Of a stretch of DNA of 64,000 bases, positions 44,899 through 58,954 are shown one piece after another. Position 1 is the stretch's first letter. Each line of letters starts with the position of its first letter. Both the position numbers and the translations under genes were made by a program. Under the pieces are notes generated by a model. The model had not been told where the DNA came from. It was given only the letters and a program-made list of their open reading frames with translations, and made no database searches. This stretch comes from Piromyces finnis finn. Its lineage: Eukaryota > Fungi > Neocallimastigomycota. The DNA lies in contig MCFH01000024.1 of NCBI GenBank assembly GCA_002104945.1, positions 558,001 through 622,000 of the forward strand. The letters run 5' to 3'.

Positions 44899-47800
44899 TT
44901 ACTGGTCGTGTGGCTTAACCATACCAGGAATACTCATAGCATGTGCGAAGTCAGCCTTTCTCTTTTCTTCAGCTTCAGCTTCACGCTCATCAAGATAAAG
45001 ATCACTATTATCACCAGCGAATTCCTTTTTTTGTTTTATTTATTAAAAATATAAACCTTAATAATTTTTAAAATAATTAATTTATAATTTAATAATAAAT
45101 ATACCTTTAATTGAATAAGGAAGTCTCTAATATGTAACTTAAATTTAACAAAGTCTATGTTGGTACTGAATAATATAGTAACAAATTGTTCAATTTGGAC
45201 ACTATAGTATTTATGAAATATATATATAATTAAGTCATTTGAAATTTAAATAATAAATATTATATATTATTGAAAAAAACATTTAGTTAATAATTACGGT
45301 TGAAGATGTTGGAAGGCATTTCTTAATAAATTAATAACATATTCCCTTAAGAATTCAGAGTTAGTCATATTTGGATTGGAAACTTGTGATGGATCATATA
45401 ATGGTGCAGTAATTTTATTAGTTTCAACAAGATGGAACATTTGAGCTAAAACCATACATTGAAGCTTAAAACCTAAATTTTTTATATTATTAAAAAAATA
45501 AAATGTTATATAATAATAAGTCATTTTGAAATAAAATAATATATCAAAATGTTTAAAAAATTGAATTTGTATTAATTTATTACTTACCAGCTTTGTGATC
45601 AGTATCAGTGAGGACATAGAATATATCTTGTAATATATTTAAGTAGTAAGTTTGATAGAATGCATTAGCAATATTATTATCAGTCTTTGAGAAATTGGTT
45701 AATAATTCTAAACAAATAGAAAGACCAATATCAGCAATATTTCTCATAGTATGCTTAAATGCCCAAACAATACTATCCATAATTAATTTGAACATTTGTG
45801 GTGAAAGTTGAAGAAGAGCTGGGAAACAATGTTGGTTAATAGCACGGATTAATCTAAAGAAACCATCACGATGTTCTGGGTATTCGGAAAAGTCTTTATT
45901 AATCATATTTAATGTACATTCAAATACATGTTGTAAAATAGCTGGAACTTGTTCAGTAATTAATTTTCCCATTCTACCAACAATAGTAGCCATAACACTT
46001 AAAACTTCAGCATCTCTAGCTGGTTCTACATTTCTTTCATAATCACCAAGAACGTGCTCTAAAAGTGGTGGAATAATATTTTGCATAACCATTGGAAGAT
46101 CTTCGGCCTTGGTAATATATGTTTCACTAAGTTTTAAAATTTCTTTCTTAATAGTTCTTAAACCACGGATTCTTGGTGTGTTAGTTGCAATTAAACCTAA
46201 AAAAAAATTAAAAATAATAATAACATAATTAATATTAATATTTAAACACTAATTATTTTCGAAAATAAAAGAGTAAGAACTAAATAAAGTATTAATATAA
46301 CTTAAAAACATACCTTGGCTAGCAATTCCTTCAGAAATTAATTCACTAACAGCTCTATAAAGACCTAACATATCCATGAAAATGCGACTGTATTGAACTA
46401 TAAATGAATTACCAATAGATAAGCAAGCTGATACATTGGTCTTTAAAATATTACCTAATAATTTAACATTATCTGCATTATTTAAAACATCAACATTATT
46501 GTTGGCTTGAGTCATAATGTTATCCCACTATTAATTTTTATATTTTAATATTATTATTTTAATAAAAAATTTAAAAAAATAAAATAATTAATAATTACTA
46601 TGCTACACTTTTATATTTTCAATCTTTAATAATTATATTTCAATTATAAAAATTTTTAAAAAAAATTACAGCTTGGTTTGGTAATTCCATAAGGTTTTTA
46701 ACTAATTTTTCTTGTATATTTTTATTTGGTTGAGCTGAAACCATATAACCAACAGCTTCGTAGAAGGTTTGAACCTTTTTTTTTTTTTTTTGAATAAATG
46801 CAATGAAAATTTTATGATTTAATTTGTATATTATTGAAATTTAATAAAATATATAATATAAAATAATAAAATAAAAAAAAATAGAAAAACAATCTATCAA
46901 TATCTTACTTGTTGTGGTCTAAGATCAGAAGTAATTTCACTAATAGATGAAATAATTTCGTCAATATATGGCATTAATTCGCCGGTTTGTTGCATAACAA
47001 AATGACGTTTACATTTTTGAGAAATCTTAATGAAGGAATCACAAGCCATATCTTGGACACCTTCATGAGTTTCATGCATAAATTCAAATAACTTATTAAC
47101 AACTGTCTTAAGGAATTTCCAGTGAGCCTTTAAAAATCTTGGATATTGACCGACAACATACATAATATTTGAAGCAACAACAGCTTTGTTATCTTTACCT
47201 CTCTTCATTTCACATAAACCTAAAAGTTCTTTAATAACAGTAACAAGGAAACGTTTTTCAGTTTCTTCACTCATTGCACCACTAATCGAACCAATAGCCC
47301 AACATAATTTATTTAAATTATCCCAAGACCATTCAGAACCATCAACCTTTTAAAATAAAACATTTATGTTAAATATATTTTAATTATCACTTAATTATAT
47401 ATGAATATCATATATATACTATCTAGCTATACTTTTATATTTAATTTTATATTAATAAAATAAATACTTACTTGCTTTTGTAATTTTTCAGACATAATTT
47501 CCTTAGTATCCATCATATCTAAGTGAGTAAGGTAAACGAGAACTTCACGCATACTCTTATATAAAGTAATAGTATCACTTTCTTTAACAAATTCTCTAAC
47601 AATTTCACCTTCATCATTTTCAACAATTAAAACTTCTTCTGGCTTAACCATACGTTCAATCATAACAACACGTAAATTAGATAAAACTTCCTTATATATG
47701 TGCTTACGAAGTGGAATATCGTCGTAGTTATAAGATCCCATTCCATTTTGACCCATATTTAATAATGGAATATTAACATGTGGAATTCTTTGAATTTCTT

Positions 47801-49119
47801 CATATAATTCAGCAACCTTTTTATTTATTATGATTTTATTTATACATAAAAATTTAATTTATTTTTTTATTATTAAAACATTATACTTAATTCTATTAAA
47901 AATAAAAAATAAAATTTATAAAAAGAAATTATAAATATGTAATATATATCATTAATTATAATTACCAATTTAGCCCAATATTCTAAACAAATCTTGAAAA
48001 TTTCACGATCTTGAACAAGTGAAATCTTAAGAAGATACCAATGACCAGTTAATAATAAATCACGTTGACCACGGCTTTCAATAATCTTATAATAATAAAT
48101 ATATTTTATATTAATAAAATATAAATTTTATAAAAATAAATACTATTTTATATACCTTAACATGTTCAGAGAAGAAATTAACTAAGAATAATGCAAGATT
48201 TTGAACAAATTGTTGTTCTTCATCATTCATTTGTTCTTCATAAAGATTAGCAAAATCTTTAATAGTTTATATTGATTATATAAAATATATATATTAAATT
48301 AATAATTATCAGTTGTTATATAAATAAAAACATTAAAAATAACTTTTATTATTTATTTTACTAAAAACTACTGGTTTTATTTTAAAAATAAATTTAAATC
48401 ACTATTAATATTTATAATTAAAATAAGTAATACTAATAATAAATAATAAATAGTAGTTTTTATATTTATAAAATCTAAAATAATATAAAAAATATATTAC
48501 CAGTTTCTTTTGGAATCATATTCATAATTGAAGTAATAACCATTTCGTATAATAAACCAAATTTATCATTATATTCTTCAACATTTAATGCACCGATTTC
48601 AGTTAAACATTTCAATGTTGGGTTTCTAAACATTGGAACTTCTAAGAACTATAATTTTAGTTTGATAATCAAAACATCATAATAATAATATATAAAAAAA
48701 AGGAATAACATTAATATAATACTTTCATATTCTATGCTTTACATATTTGTATTTATCAAAAAAAAAATTAATTTTCATATATTTAACATTTTTTGATACA
48801 CACTCTATTACGTAATATGTCAATAATGTTGGTTTCAAATATATAACCTAATGGAATCCAATTTAAAAATCTTAATAAAGTTTCTAAAGTAGCACGAATT
48901 AAACTTGGTTTTTGGGCCTTTTCTAATACTTCATGACAGAGTTGGAAAATTTCAGAAAATTCTCCACACATACTATTCTTTAAGTTCTTAATCTTTTTTT
49001 GTGTCATTTGTTCAGCTGAATAATCAAAAATTTCTTCACTAATTTAGAAATTTAAATAAAGATAATAACAATAGTATCATTTCCATTTGTTGAAATATTA
49101 CGAAAAAAACAACAATTGC

Positions 49120-49151
<32 letters not shown>

Positions 49152-50973
49152 TAATTATAGAAATTTAATAACATAAAAAAATTATAGTCTTGTAAATAAT
49201 ACTTTATACATTTTTCATATTTTTAGATTGTCAACTTATTTTTATAATTAATTATACTAACCTAAGTAATTTAAGAATATTCATATTATTTTCACATAAA
49301 GAAAGATTAGTTTTACTTGAGGCAACAATTTCTGGTATGAAATTTGGCCAGTTGTGTGGCCATTCTTGTTTCAATACCTATTATTAAAAATAACATAATA
49401 ATTAATTTAAAAAGTTAATATCTTACTAATATTTCCTATTTAAATTATATATTTATTATATAATTATTTAAAATATCTTACTTGAACAAGAACTAAATTT
49501 AATTTATTTAAGTAAGCTCTTTCACTAACTAATCTGTTTTCATCAGAAGAAGTTTTAATAACAATTGAAACAATAAAATTTTTAATACCTACAAGAAAAA
49601 TTATAAAAAATCATTAAATATTATATTAAATAAAATCAATATATTATTTAATAAAAAGTTTCCATTATTACCATCAGCTTGTTCTTTTGGTAAAATCTTC
49701 CAACGAGTTTTAATTAAGGTTTCTAAAATTTGTAAAGCGATATACTACAATGTAAAACAAATAGAATTAGAAAAAAATAATAATAAAAGAACTATATTAG
49801 ATATATTATTTTAGAAATCAGCTAAATTATTTACTTTAGTTTGAGTATATTGGGATTTTTCTAAAATTTGATCTACTCTAGTCCATGAATCAGGATGTTC
49901 TTTAAATTGAGCAATGATATTACCGGCACGTTGTGACTATTAATTATATTTAAATTTAATAAAATAAATTGTATTAGTTTTAAAATAATATACCTAAATA
50001 AATATAGTGTCGAGAAATCTTTTTTAAAAATATAAATTATTTATTTAAATTTTAACATTGATATAATATTGTTCATTGCAATTAAAAAAAATGACAAAAT
50101 ATTCATTTCTTCATTGAGATTTTAATTTAATATATTTATTGTTTTATTTACTGTTTCTTCTTTATTTTTGATTTTAATATATAGATAATTGAGATAATAA
50201 AGTTTTATAATAATTATTAATTATTCAAGTTGATATATATTTTTAAATATACAAAGTATTCATTTTATGATAAAGCTCTTTAAATAATGATATTTTATTA
50301 AATAATTTTTTATTTCTATAAATACTGTGCAACTTTTTATTCTTTACTAAATATTGATGTTATTATAAAAGAGCTTTTAATAATAGGTTAGGGTTGAAAG
50401 ATTAACTGATCATCATATTCAAAATGTTTATGTTAATATTGATTATTATTTAAATAACTATAAAAACTAATAAAGATTTCTGAAAGTAAATAAGGAATGT
50501 CAAGGTCGATATATATATATAGACAGAAATGAAAGAATTTATTATTATTATTGAAATATAATCAAACAAATCAAATATCATAAATTTTAATTAATTGGAT
50601 TTCTTGAATTTTTCTAAAAGTATAAAGTATTAATACATTTCCCCCTTATTTTTTATTTAAATTATGGATTATTACAAAGGCATAAGTATATATTGTATCA
50701 AAGATAGATGGATGAATGATTGATTAATTAATTTAATTAATTTGTTGATTACTGTATATATGAGCTAGAAAAATATACTATAAAAATATATTTTTTCTAA
50801 TTTTTATAGACTTCATAATAATCATTCATTATTTTTTTTTTCATTTTTATAAAACTAAAATATATAACTTTCAAATTGATTAATACCTCAGGACCACCCT
50901 TAAAAAAAGTTTCTATTGTAGAGTCTAATAAGTTTATATCTAATTCACGTGAAAAGTCTAATATAGCTTCCAT
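44899..50973 (-). CDS. CRM1: Exportin-1 (CRM1/XPO1), 17 exons
   Basis: Exon 1 [17 protein letters not shown] (50973-50887). Diagnostic [107 protein letters not shown]. Terminal [10 protein letters not shown]. All introns read GT-AG. Confidence 0.97.
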
Positions 50974-51322
50974 CTTTTATTATTATTGTGGTATGTTATG
51001 AATTTGATATTGATATATATTATTTTAAGATTAATCTTCAAATTATTAAAATATATAAAAAAGAATTTATCTTATAAAAGGTTGTTTTTTTTTTTCTTTC
51101 TTTAAAATCTTAATAATATTATTATAAACTTTTATTATTAAAAGTTAATTATAAATAAATTAATAAAAAATTAAAAGAAATTTGGATATCCAATATTAAA
51201 AAAAAAAAAAAAAAAAAAAGAAAAAAAAAATAATTAATTTAAACTTTCTTTTCTTTTTTTTTTTAATTGTAAAAGATTAAAACTTCAATTAAATGCAAAG
51301 AATAAAAAGAAAAGTATTATTA

Positions 51323-51354
<32 letters not shown>

Positions 51355-52876
51355 ATTTTTTTTATTAATATATTATAATTTTATATAAAAAATTTTTTAA
51401 TTACAAAAATTTTGTTATAATATATTTATTATATATATTTGGAATACTGTTTTTTTTGATAATTACTAATCATTTTAATTTTGGTACTTCATTCAAGGTA
51501 GTATATTTTGATATTTTGATATTTTATGGTAGAAAATGTGGAATAATATATATCTTTATATAATAAAATTCTAAAAACTAATAGTGCTCTAATATATAAT
51601 CATTTTTATTTTTATTCTATTGAAAACTATTATTAAACATAATAATTTATCAATAAGATAATGATAAAAAATCGAAATATAGAAACTTTTTTATTTATAT
51701 ATATTCCTTCAATAATTATAATAATATATTGTCATTTAGATATTTAGATGTATTTAGATGTTTATTCTTATTAATATAATTAATATTTACAAACTGATAG
51801 ATATTTAATTCATTATCTAAAGTTGCATAATATTTATATTATTTCCCTTTTTTCCATTCACCGACTATAGCTTACTCTTTTTAAAATTTTAATTGCTGCT
51901 GCTATATTTTATGGCCATTTCTTTTTGTTAAAATGTTATTCCCATTTAATTATATATTGTATTATATATATATTATACATAATTATAATATACAAAATAT
52001 TTAATAATGTATTAAATAAAGATTATAAATTTAAATATTGAAAATACCATAAAAATAAATTAATTTTTCAAAATTATTATCAATTTAAATTTATTAAAGC
52101 ATATATTATAATATATGTTTATATATTATTCTTTAAATTATTAATAAATGGTTTTTTAATATTTATGTATAAATATAATGGAGCAAAAGAAGCTAAAGGA
52201 AGCTAAAAAAAATATATATATATATATAAAAGAAAATGGACTAGTATTAAAGGTAATAATTAAAATATAATAAATATTTTTTAAAGTAGTACTAATTCCA
52301 TCTTTAGATCATATAGACAATTTAAAATGTAATAATATTCTTGTATGATATTCCGAAAGTGTAAAATCTAAATAACTTTTAAAAGGCATAATTAATCAAA
52401 ATAGTAAAATATTTAGTTCGGAGTCATTTCCATTCAATAATTAAATATAAGCTGTATATAAATACATAATACTTTGAAATCTATAATACCATCCATAACA
52501 ACATTTATAATTTTTTATAATAAAGTACTGTAATCAATACATTTAAAATAAATTAATAATAAACATTAATTATTACTTATATATCTCCATTCTAAAGGTA
52601 TATAGCCCAATATAAACTAATCCACCAATTTAAAAATAACAATAAAATTGAATTTTAAAAATTAATAGTTAAAAAATATATTATTTATAAAAACATTTTT
52701 TAGATGTATTAAAAAAAATAATATTACTTTTTTAATGAATTGGTTAAAATTAAAATGTATATATATATAGTCAAACATTCACTGTTAAAAAAAATTGACA
52801 GTAATAATTTTAAATTATAAATTTTTTACTTTTTTTAATTAATTAAATATTGGCATCATTATCATCATCATCATCA

Positions 52877-52911
<35 letters not shown>

Positions 52912-53744
52912 TTATATACTAGTAGTATTATAACTTTGCAAAGTTTTAAAAGTGTTATTCGTTAAAAAAGAAAAAAAGAAAACTTTTTTTTTTATTAAAG
53001 ATTCATTTGATTCTTGTAAATAAACCATCTTTCTAATTAGCTTTATCTTTAATAAAATGTAACAATTTATTTATTAAGATTTATTCCTTTTAATATATAA
53101 AAATTACAGATTTTTTTATAATCTATGTAGTTATTATAATATAGAATATAAGATAGTTATGCTTTTGATCTTTTTTTTTTTTTCCCTTTCTCTTTTCTTT
53201 TAATGAATTTTAATAAGAATTTAATTTAAAAATATGATTTAATAGTTTTTATTAAATAATTTCTTTTAATTTTAACTATTTTGTATAAAAAATTAAACTT
53301 TTTCATGTAATTATATCTATTACTTTTAGATTATTTTTATACAATTAATGTGTTATGAAATATAATAATATTAGTAATTACATATATATATATATATATA
53401 TATTCATAAAATATTTTAATTCCTAATTCTTTTATTCAAATATAAATCTTGTATTAACTTTTTATTCAATTAATTTTATATTAAATTTTTTATATTTAAA
53501 ATTTCAAATTTTTTAATTAATTTTTTTTTAAATTATAAAGAAATTAAAAGTTAAAATTTAAAAAAAAAACAAAAACAAAAAAGTTTTTATCTAATTGATT
53601 TTTTAATAACAAAATTTTTTAATTTAGCTTTTTACACTTTATCTTTTTCCAAAACTTGTATTTTTATTTTTATAACATAATATTTAAGAAATATATTTTT
53701 TTTTTCATTTTATAATAAAAATATTAAATTAAAAAAAAAAAAAA

Positions 53745-56700
53745 ATGCATGAAAAATTGAAAGTTAATATTCAGAAAAATGGAGTTGAAAATCTTAATAC
53801 CAATAATAATATTAAAAATTTAGAAATAATAAAAGCTTATAAAAATGGTGAACTGAAAAATATAAAGGTTAATAAAAATGAAGTAGCTATTCCTTCTAAA
53901 AATATCAATTTTAAAACATCTATTAATGATAAAAATTATAATATAAATAATAACCAATATAAAAATGAAAAGATTAATACTCATAATCAAAATGAAAATA
54001 GTAATTATCAGTTAATGAAGGAAAATAAAAATAACTATGAATACTCTTATTCAAAAATACACACTTATCATCCAGTTCCTTATCCACATTCATCTATAAT
54101 AAAAAATGACATAGATAATCACCACCACCATCACCACCACCATCATCATCATCAATACCGTCATAATCATCACAGTAATGGAATGAAGAGAATAAACGAA
54201 AAACATAAAAAAACAATTGATTTTATAGATAATTTAAATGCTCAATTTAAGTTTAATATAGAGCCAACAACAGAAAAAGCACCACAAAAAGTTAAAGCAA
54301 ATATGAGAGAAGATATTCAATCAAATGATAAAAGTAATGATACCCTTGAGAATAAAGATTTAAATGAAAAATATCAAAATGATAATATTCAAAAACAACA
54401 ACATCATCATCATTATCATCCATATACATATCAATGCGACTACCTAAATTATTCAATTAGTGATTTAAATACAAAAGAAAATAGACAAAAAAATAAAGAT
54501 ATTTTCGATTTAAGTGATATTAAAGAAATTTTGGAAGCTCAATCCAATAAGTTATTTAAAAAGAATATTTCGTTTTCCATTGAGAATGAGGAACTTCGCT
54601 GTCCAAGTAATAAACCTTATCATCTTAAGCAACGAATGGAAAACCGTCAAAGAAAGAATAATAAAAATTACGAAATCTTAGCTAATACAAATGAATTAAT
54701 GTTAGAAAAAGATTTAAATGAACGTGAAATTCAATTTTATTGTCTACGTGTGATGGAACAAAAGGCTCAACAGAAACACTCAGAAATTATTAAACAACGT
54801 AAAGAAAAAATGTCAAATCATAATCAACATATTAACAATGTCAGACGTCAAAATATTCTTGATCGTAGTAAATGGCGTTGTGAGCGTAGTCAAAAAATGA
54901 ATTGTCGTCAACTAAAAGTTGAACAAAATAGAAGAAAAATAATAAATGGTAAGAAGGCATTATATGCTTCTTTTGTAGATAAAGCAAAAAATGTAGTTAT
55001 GGATTTAAAAAAAAGAGAAAATATGTTAAAACTTAAACGATTAGAGGATTTAAACGAAAAAATGAATGAATCAGAAAAGCGTCGTCAGATATTAATGACA
55101 ACTTCTAAATCAAAAATATTAGATGTTTCTTTTTCTCTTTATCAACAACAGCAGATAGAAAAAATAGCAGCCCTTGATATTCAAAGATGGTGGAGAAAAA
55201 AGTATTTTGGTTCAATATTAAACAAATTTATTGATTTAGATATATCCAGTGATATCGCTAAATCATTATCCTTTGAAAAATTGCATGAAAAGCTTCATTC
55301 ATCAGAAGCCATGGAAATATCTAAAGATTTACTCTACCGTATCTTTAAATCAAGTCCAAAAAAAAATTCAATAGATAATAAAAAACAAGAAAATGATAAT
55401 TCTTCTGAAAAAGATAACAATGACAATCTTTCTACAAAAATATCAAATACTAATACAAAGGAATCTTCAAATAAAAAAACCCAAATAAATATTAAACATT
55501 ATTCAGAAGAAAAAATGTTCCTTTCTGCTTTTATGATATATGGTCATTCAAAAACAGTTATATCTTCCATTGGTGATGTTGAGAAGGTAAAAAAAAATAT
55601 GTTCCTATTATAATATTATTTAATAATTAATAATTTAATTATTAATAATAGTTGTTTCATTTTAATTATTATAAATTAATATTATATTAAATTAATATTA
55701 TTGAATTGAATAATTTATATATCTATTTTTTATTTTATTGTTTATGTGCTATTTAAAGGATTTAATTGAAATTTCTGAAAAAATGATTAAAAGTTTTGAA
55801 AAATTGATTTTTTCATTTAATCAACCATCATTTTACAGTGAACTTAAAAAATTTAATGAAATTTGGGACAAATTTTCCAGAGCATTTGAAATATGGAAAA
55901 AGAAGGATACAGAAGCTTTATTGAATATTTTAATTCAACATTGGATCGAAATGGAAAATTTATGGTTTTCAGTGAAAGATTATGAACAAACAAATATTTG
56001 GCAAAGTAAAATTGTAATTCAACAACGTAATATTAAAAAAAAAATAGAAACATTGGCTGGTCGAAATGGTATTTTAAAGTTGATTCGTACTACACATAAG
56101 GCAAGAGAATCCAAGTTCCCTGGTATTATATTTAAACCAAATGTCATGCCTTCACCTTATCTTTTTCCACTTGATAAAAATAAACAAACAAAAATTAATC
56201 CAAATTCTGTGGTAAACCCTCAAAATATTCCTAAAGAATTTGACGGAACAGCACATCCAAATAATTCAGTAAGTACAAATACTACAATTTCCGAATCTGA
56301 AAGTAAAGACAACAAGAATGAAAAAGAAAATAACGATAATAGTGATAATACTAAGGAAATGAAAGAAGACAACAATATAAATGATAAGGAAAATAAGACA
56401 CGTGATATTGACCAAACTTTTGTGATGAATTTATTAAATGAATATAATCAGCATTTCACTAATTTCCAATTAGCTCATGAAATTATCTTGAATCCAAATT
56501 TCCAATTTCAATATTTAAATGAAGAAGAAGGTAATAATGTTAAGGATGAAAAAGCGTCTAATATAGATTTATCTGAAGATAAATATAATAATATTATTTC
56601 AAAAGTAACAAAAATAGCTCAAAAGGCCTTTTTCAATTTGGTACAAGAATCTTTCGATTCTGGTAATGAAACACAATTTATTCCAGGAATTATTAAAGAT

Positions 56701-58339
56701 ATTAAAGACGTAGGTTAAATGAATATATAAGGAATTATATTTTACTGATAGAATAAAATACTAATTACTAATTTAAAATCTAACAATAATACTTTTATTA
56801 TTATTATTATATTCTTTACTTCTTTTATATAAAATTTTTTTTTAAAAAAAAAAGCGTCTTCTTTATCTTACAAATAAAAATAAAAAAACTTACGATCAGA
56901 TTAATGAGGTTTTAGATGAAAAATTAATTATTCAACAAATTCAACATGGCACCACCGATTTCAATAATATCTTTAAATTTGTTTTAGATACCATGCTTCA
57001 ACTTTGTGCCCCAATTCGAGATCCCATTATTAAAAAAATATATACTATGGAAACTCCAGTACAAAAAATCAAAGCAATACTAAATCAATTGGATAACATG
57101 AAAATTGATTTAGCCAATTATAATATTAAAAAGTTTAGACCCATTTTGAAAAATTTTGCTGTAGAATATGAACGTAAAAAGTTTAAAGAAGCAATTAAAA
57201 GTAATCTTATTGATTTACAGTACACAGAAAGATGGCTTACTCAATCTATTGTAAGGTTAATTAAAAAACAAAGTAATATTAAACTCACTAAAGAATTAAA
57301 AAAAAAAAAAAAAGAAAATCAAACTAGATATATTGATATTTATAATGACGCATTCTCGTCTCTCCTCTTTAAACGGGAAATTGTAAATAATGATAAAACT
57401 CTTGTAGAACTTGGAAATACAAAATTACCTAATAATAATAATAACTCAGAAAGTAATAATTGTATAGATAATAATAAATCCAAATACTCTAGTAATTCTA
57501 CTAATAAAATGTCAAATGTAGGTTCTGAAGATGGTAGATGTTCGCCTAGTAAAATGAATAAGAAAAACAATAATAGTAAGGATGATGAAATTATATTACC
57601 TGAAACTTTGATGTTTGATTTTAATCGTGTATTGGAATATCAAAAAGATCTTCGTGATATTGCAATTGTTTCTTCTATTATTATATTATGCCAATCAATT
57701 GTTCCTTATCTTCACGGTAAAGAATTTATTGTTAATAATTTGTACAGTGAGCTCTTGGATTACATTGAAAATAATATTCCTAAACAGAAACAAAAACAAT
57801 CTGAAAATAAAGAGAGTAGTGATGATGATCGTACTACCTTCGTCAATAATGATAATAAAAGCGAAACTAATGTAGAAGAAGGAAAGAAAAAGAATAAAAT
57901 GGATAAAGAATCTAAACTTAGTTCAATAATGGCTGATTTTTCCAAATATATTGTTACCAAGATAGAAACTGTAATTCTTGATTCGGTTATAAATTATAAT
58001 AACGTCATAACAAATTATGTAAAATTAGAACCTAAAATTCTTAGTGCGAATGAAAAAGTGTTATTGAAAAAGATGATTGTCAATATCTTAATGTTAAATA
58101 ACAATATGTATAATGTTATTAGTAGACAAATTATGAGTCTCTTTCTTCATTATTTGAAAACAGGAATATTTAAAACGGAAACTCTGGATCGTTTTTGTCT
58201 TCAATATTCAAAAGATAGATTAGAGAAAATATTTATAAAAATAAAATTTTTTACAGAATATAATAGAGATGTTTATAGTGAATATTATGATAATATCATT
58301 TCTAAACTATTAATTATTTATAAATTTTATCCATCCTAA
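53745..58339 (+). CDS. TCP11/Sok1-family protein with IQ-like motif; join(53745-55586, 55759-56709, 56855-58339), ~1425 aa
   Basis: TCP11 motifs MFLSAFMIYGH, QLAHEIILNPNFQF, MLQLCAPIRD, MKIDLANY, AVEYERKKF, PETLMFDFNRV. IQ-like AALDIQRWWRKK. Phase-0 introns join the three ORFs. Confidence 0.85.
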
Positions 58340-58954
58340 TTACAAAATATTAAAATTAGGGAGAAAATAAATATTAAATTTAAAGAAATATTTTTATATT
58401 TCTTTTTAAAAAATATTATAATGAAAATTATATATTTATAATTTCTAACAGTTTTTTTTTTTTAATACAATAATAATTATGTTGTTTTGAATTTATCTAT
58501 TAAATATTATATTAAAATATTAAATGTAAATATAAAGGCATTGTAAAATAAAATAAATTGATTTTTTAACATTAATTAAAATAATAAATATTTCTTTTTT
58601 TTTTTTTTTTTTTTTATTTTTTTTTCATATTTGTTATTTTATTTTTATTGTACATTATGACAAATAAGACAAATATACATTTTTTTATATAATATTCATT
58701 ATTTTTCTTTTTAAATTTAAATAATAATAATAGCTGTTTAAAATATTAAAATATTATATAATAGTAACTATTTTATTATTATTAAAAAAAAAAAAAAGAA
58801 ATGATAATTTTACTTATAACCAAGATAGTTAAATGTTATAAATATATAATAAAAATTAAACTTTTTATTATATATATTTTAATAAATTATAAGTAAAATA
58901 TTGAATTATTAAATAGTAAATAAAAATTATATGAAAATTAAAAAAGTTTAGAAA

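Noticed and set aside
50200-50420. C-box-like ATGATGA in CRM1 intron 1 (possible snoRNA)
   Set aside because: No D box (CTGA) at a suitable distance and no terminal stem seen.
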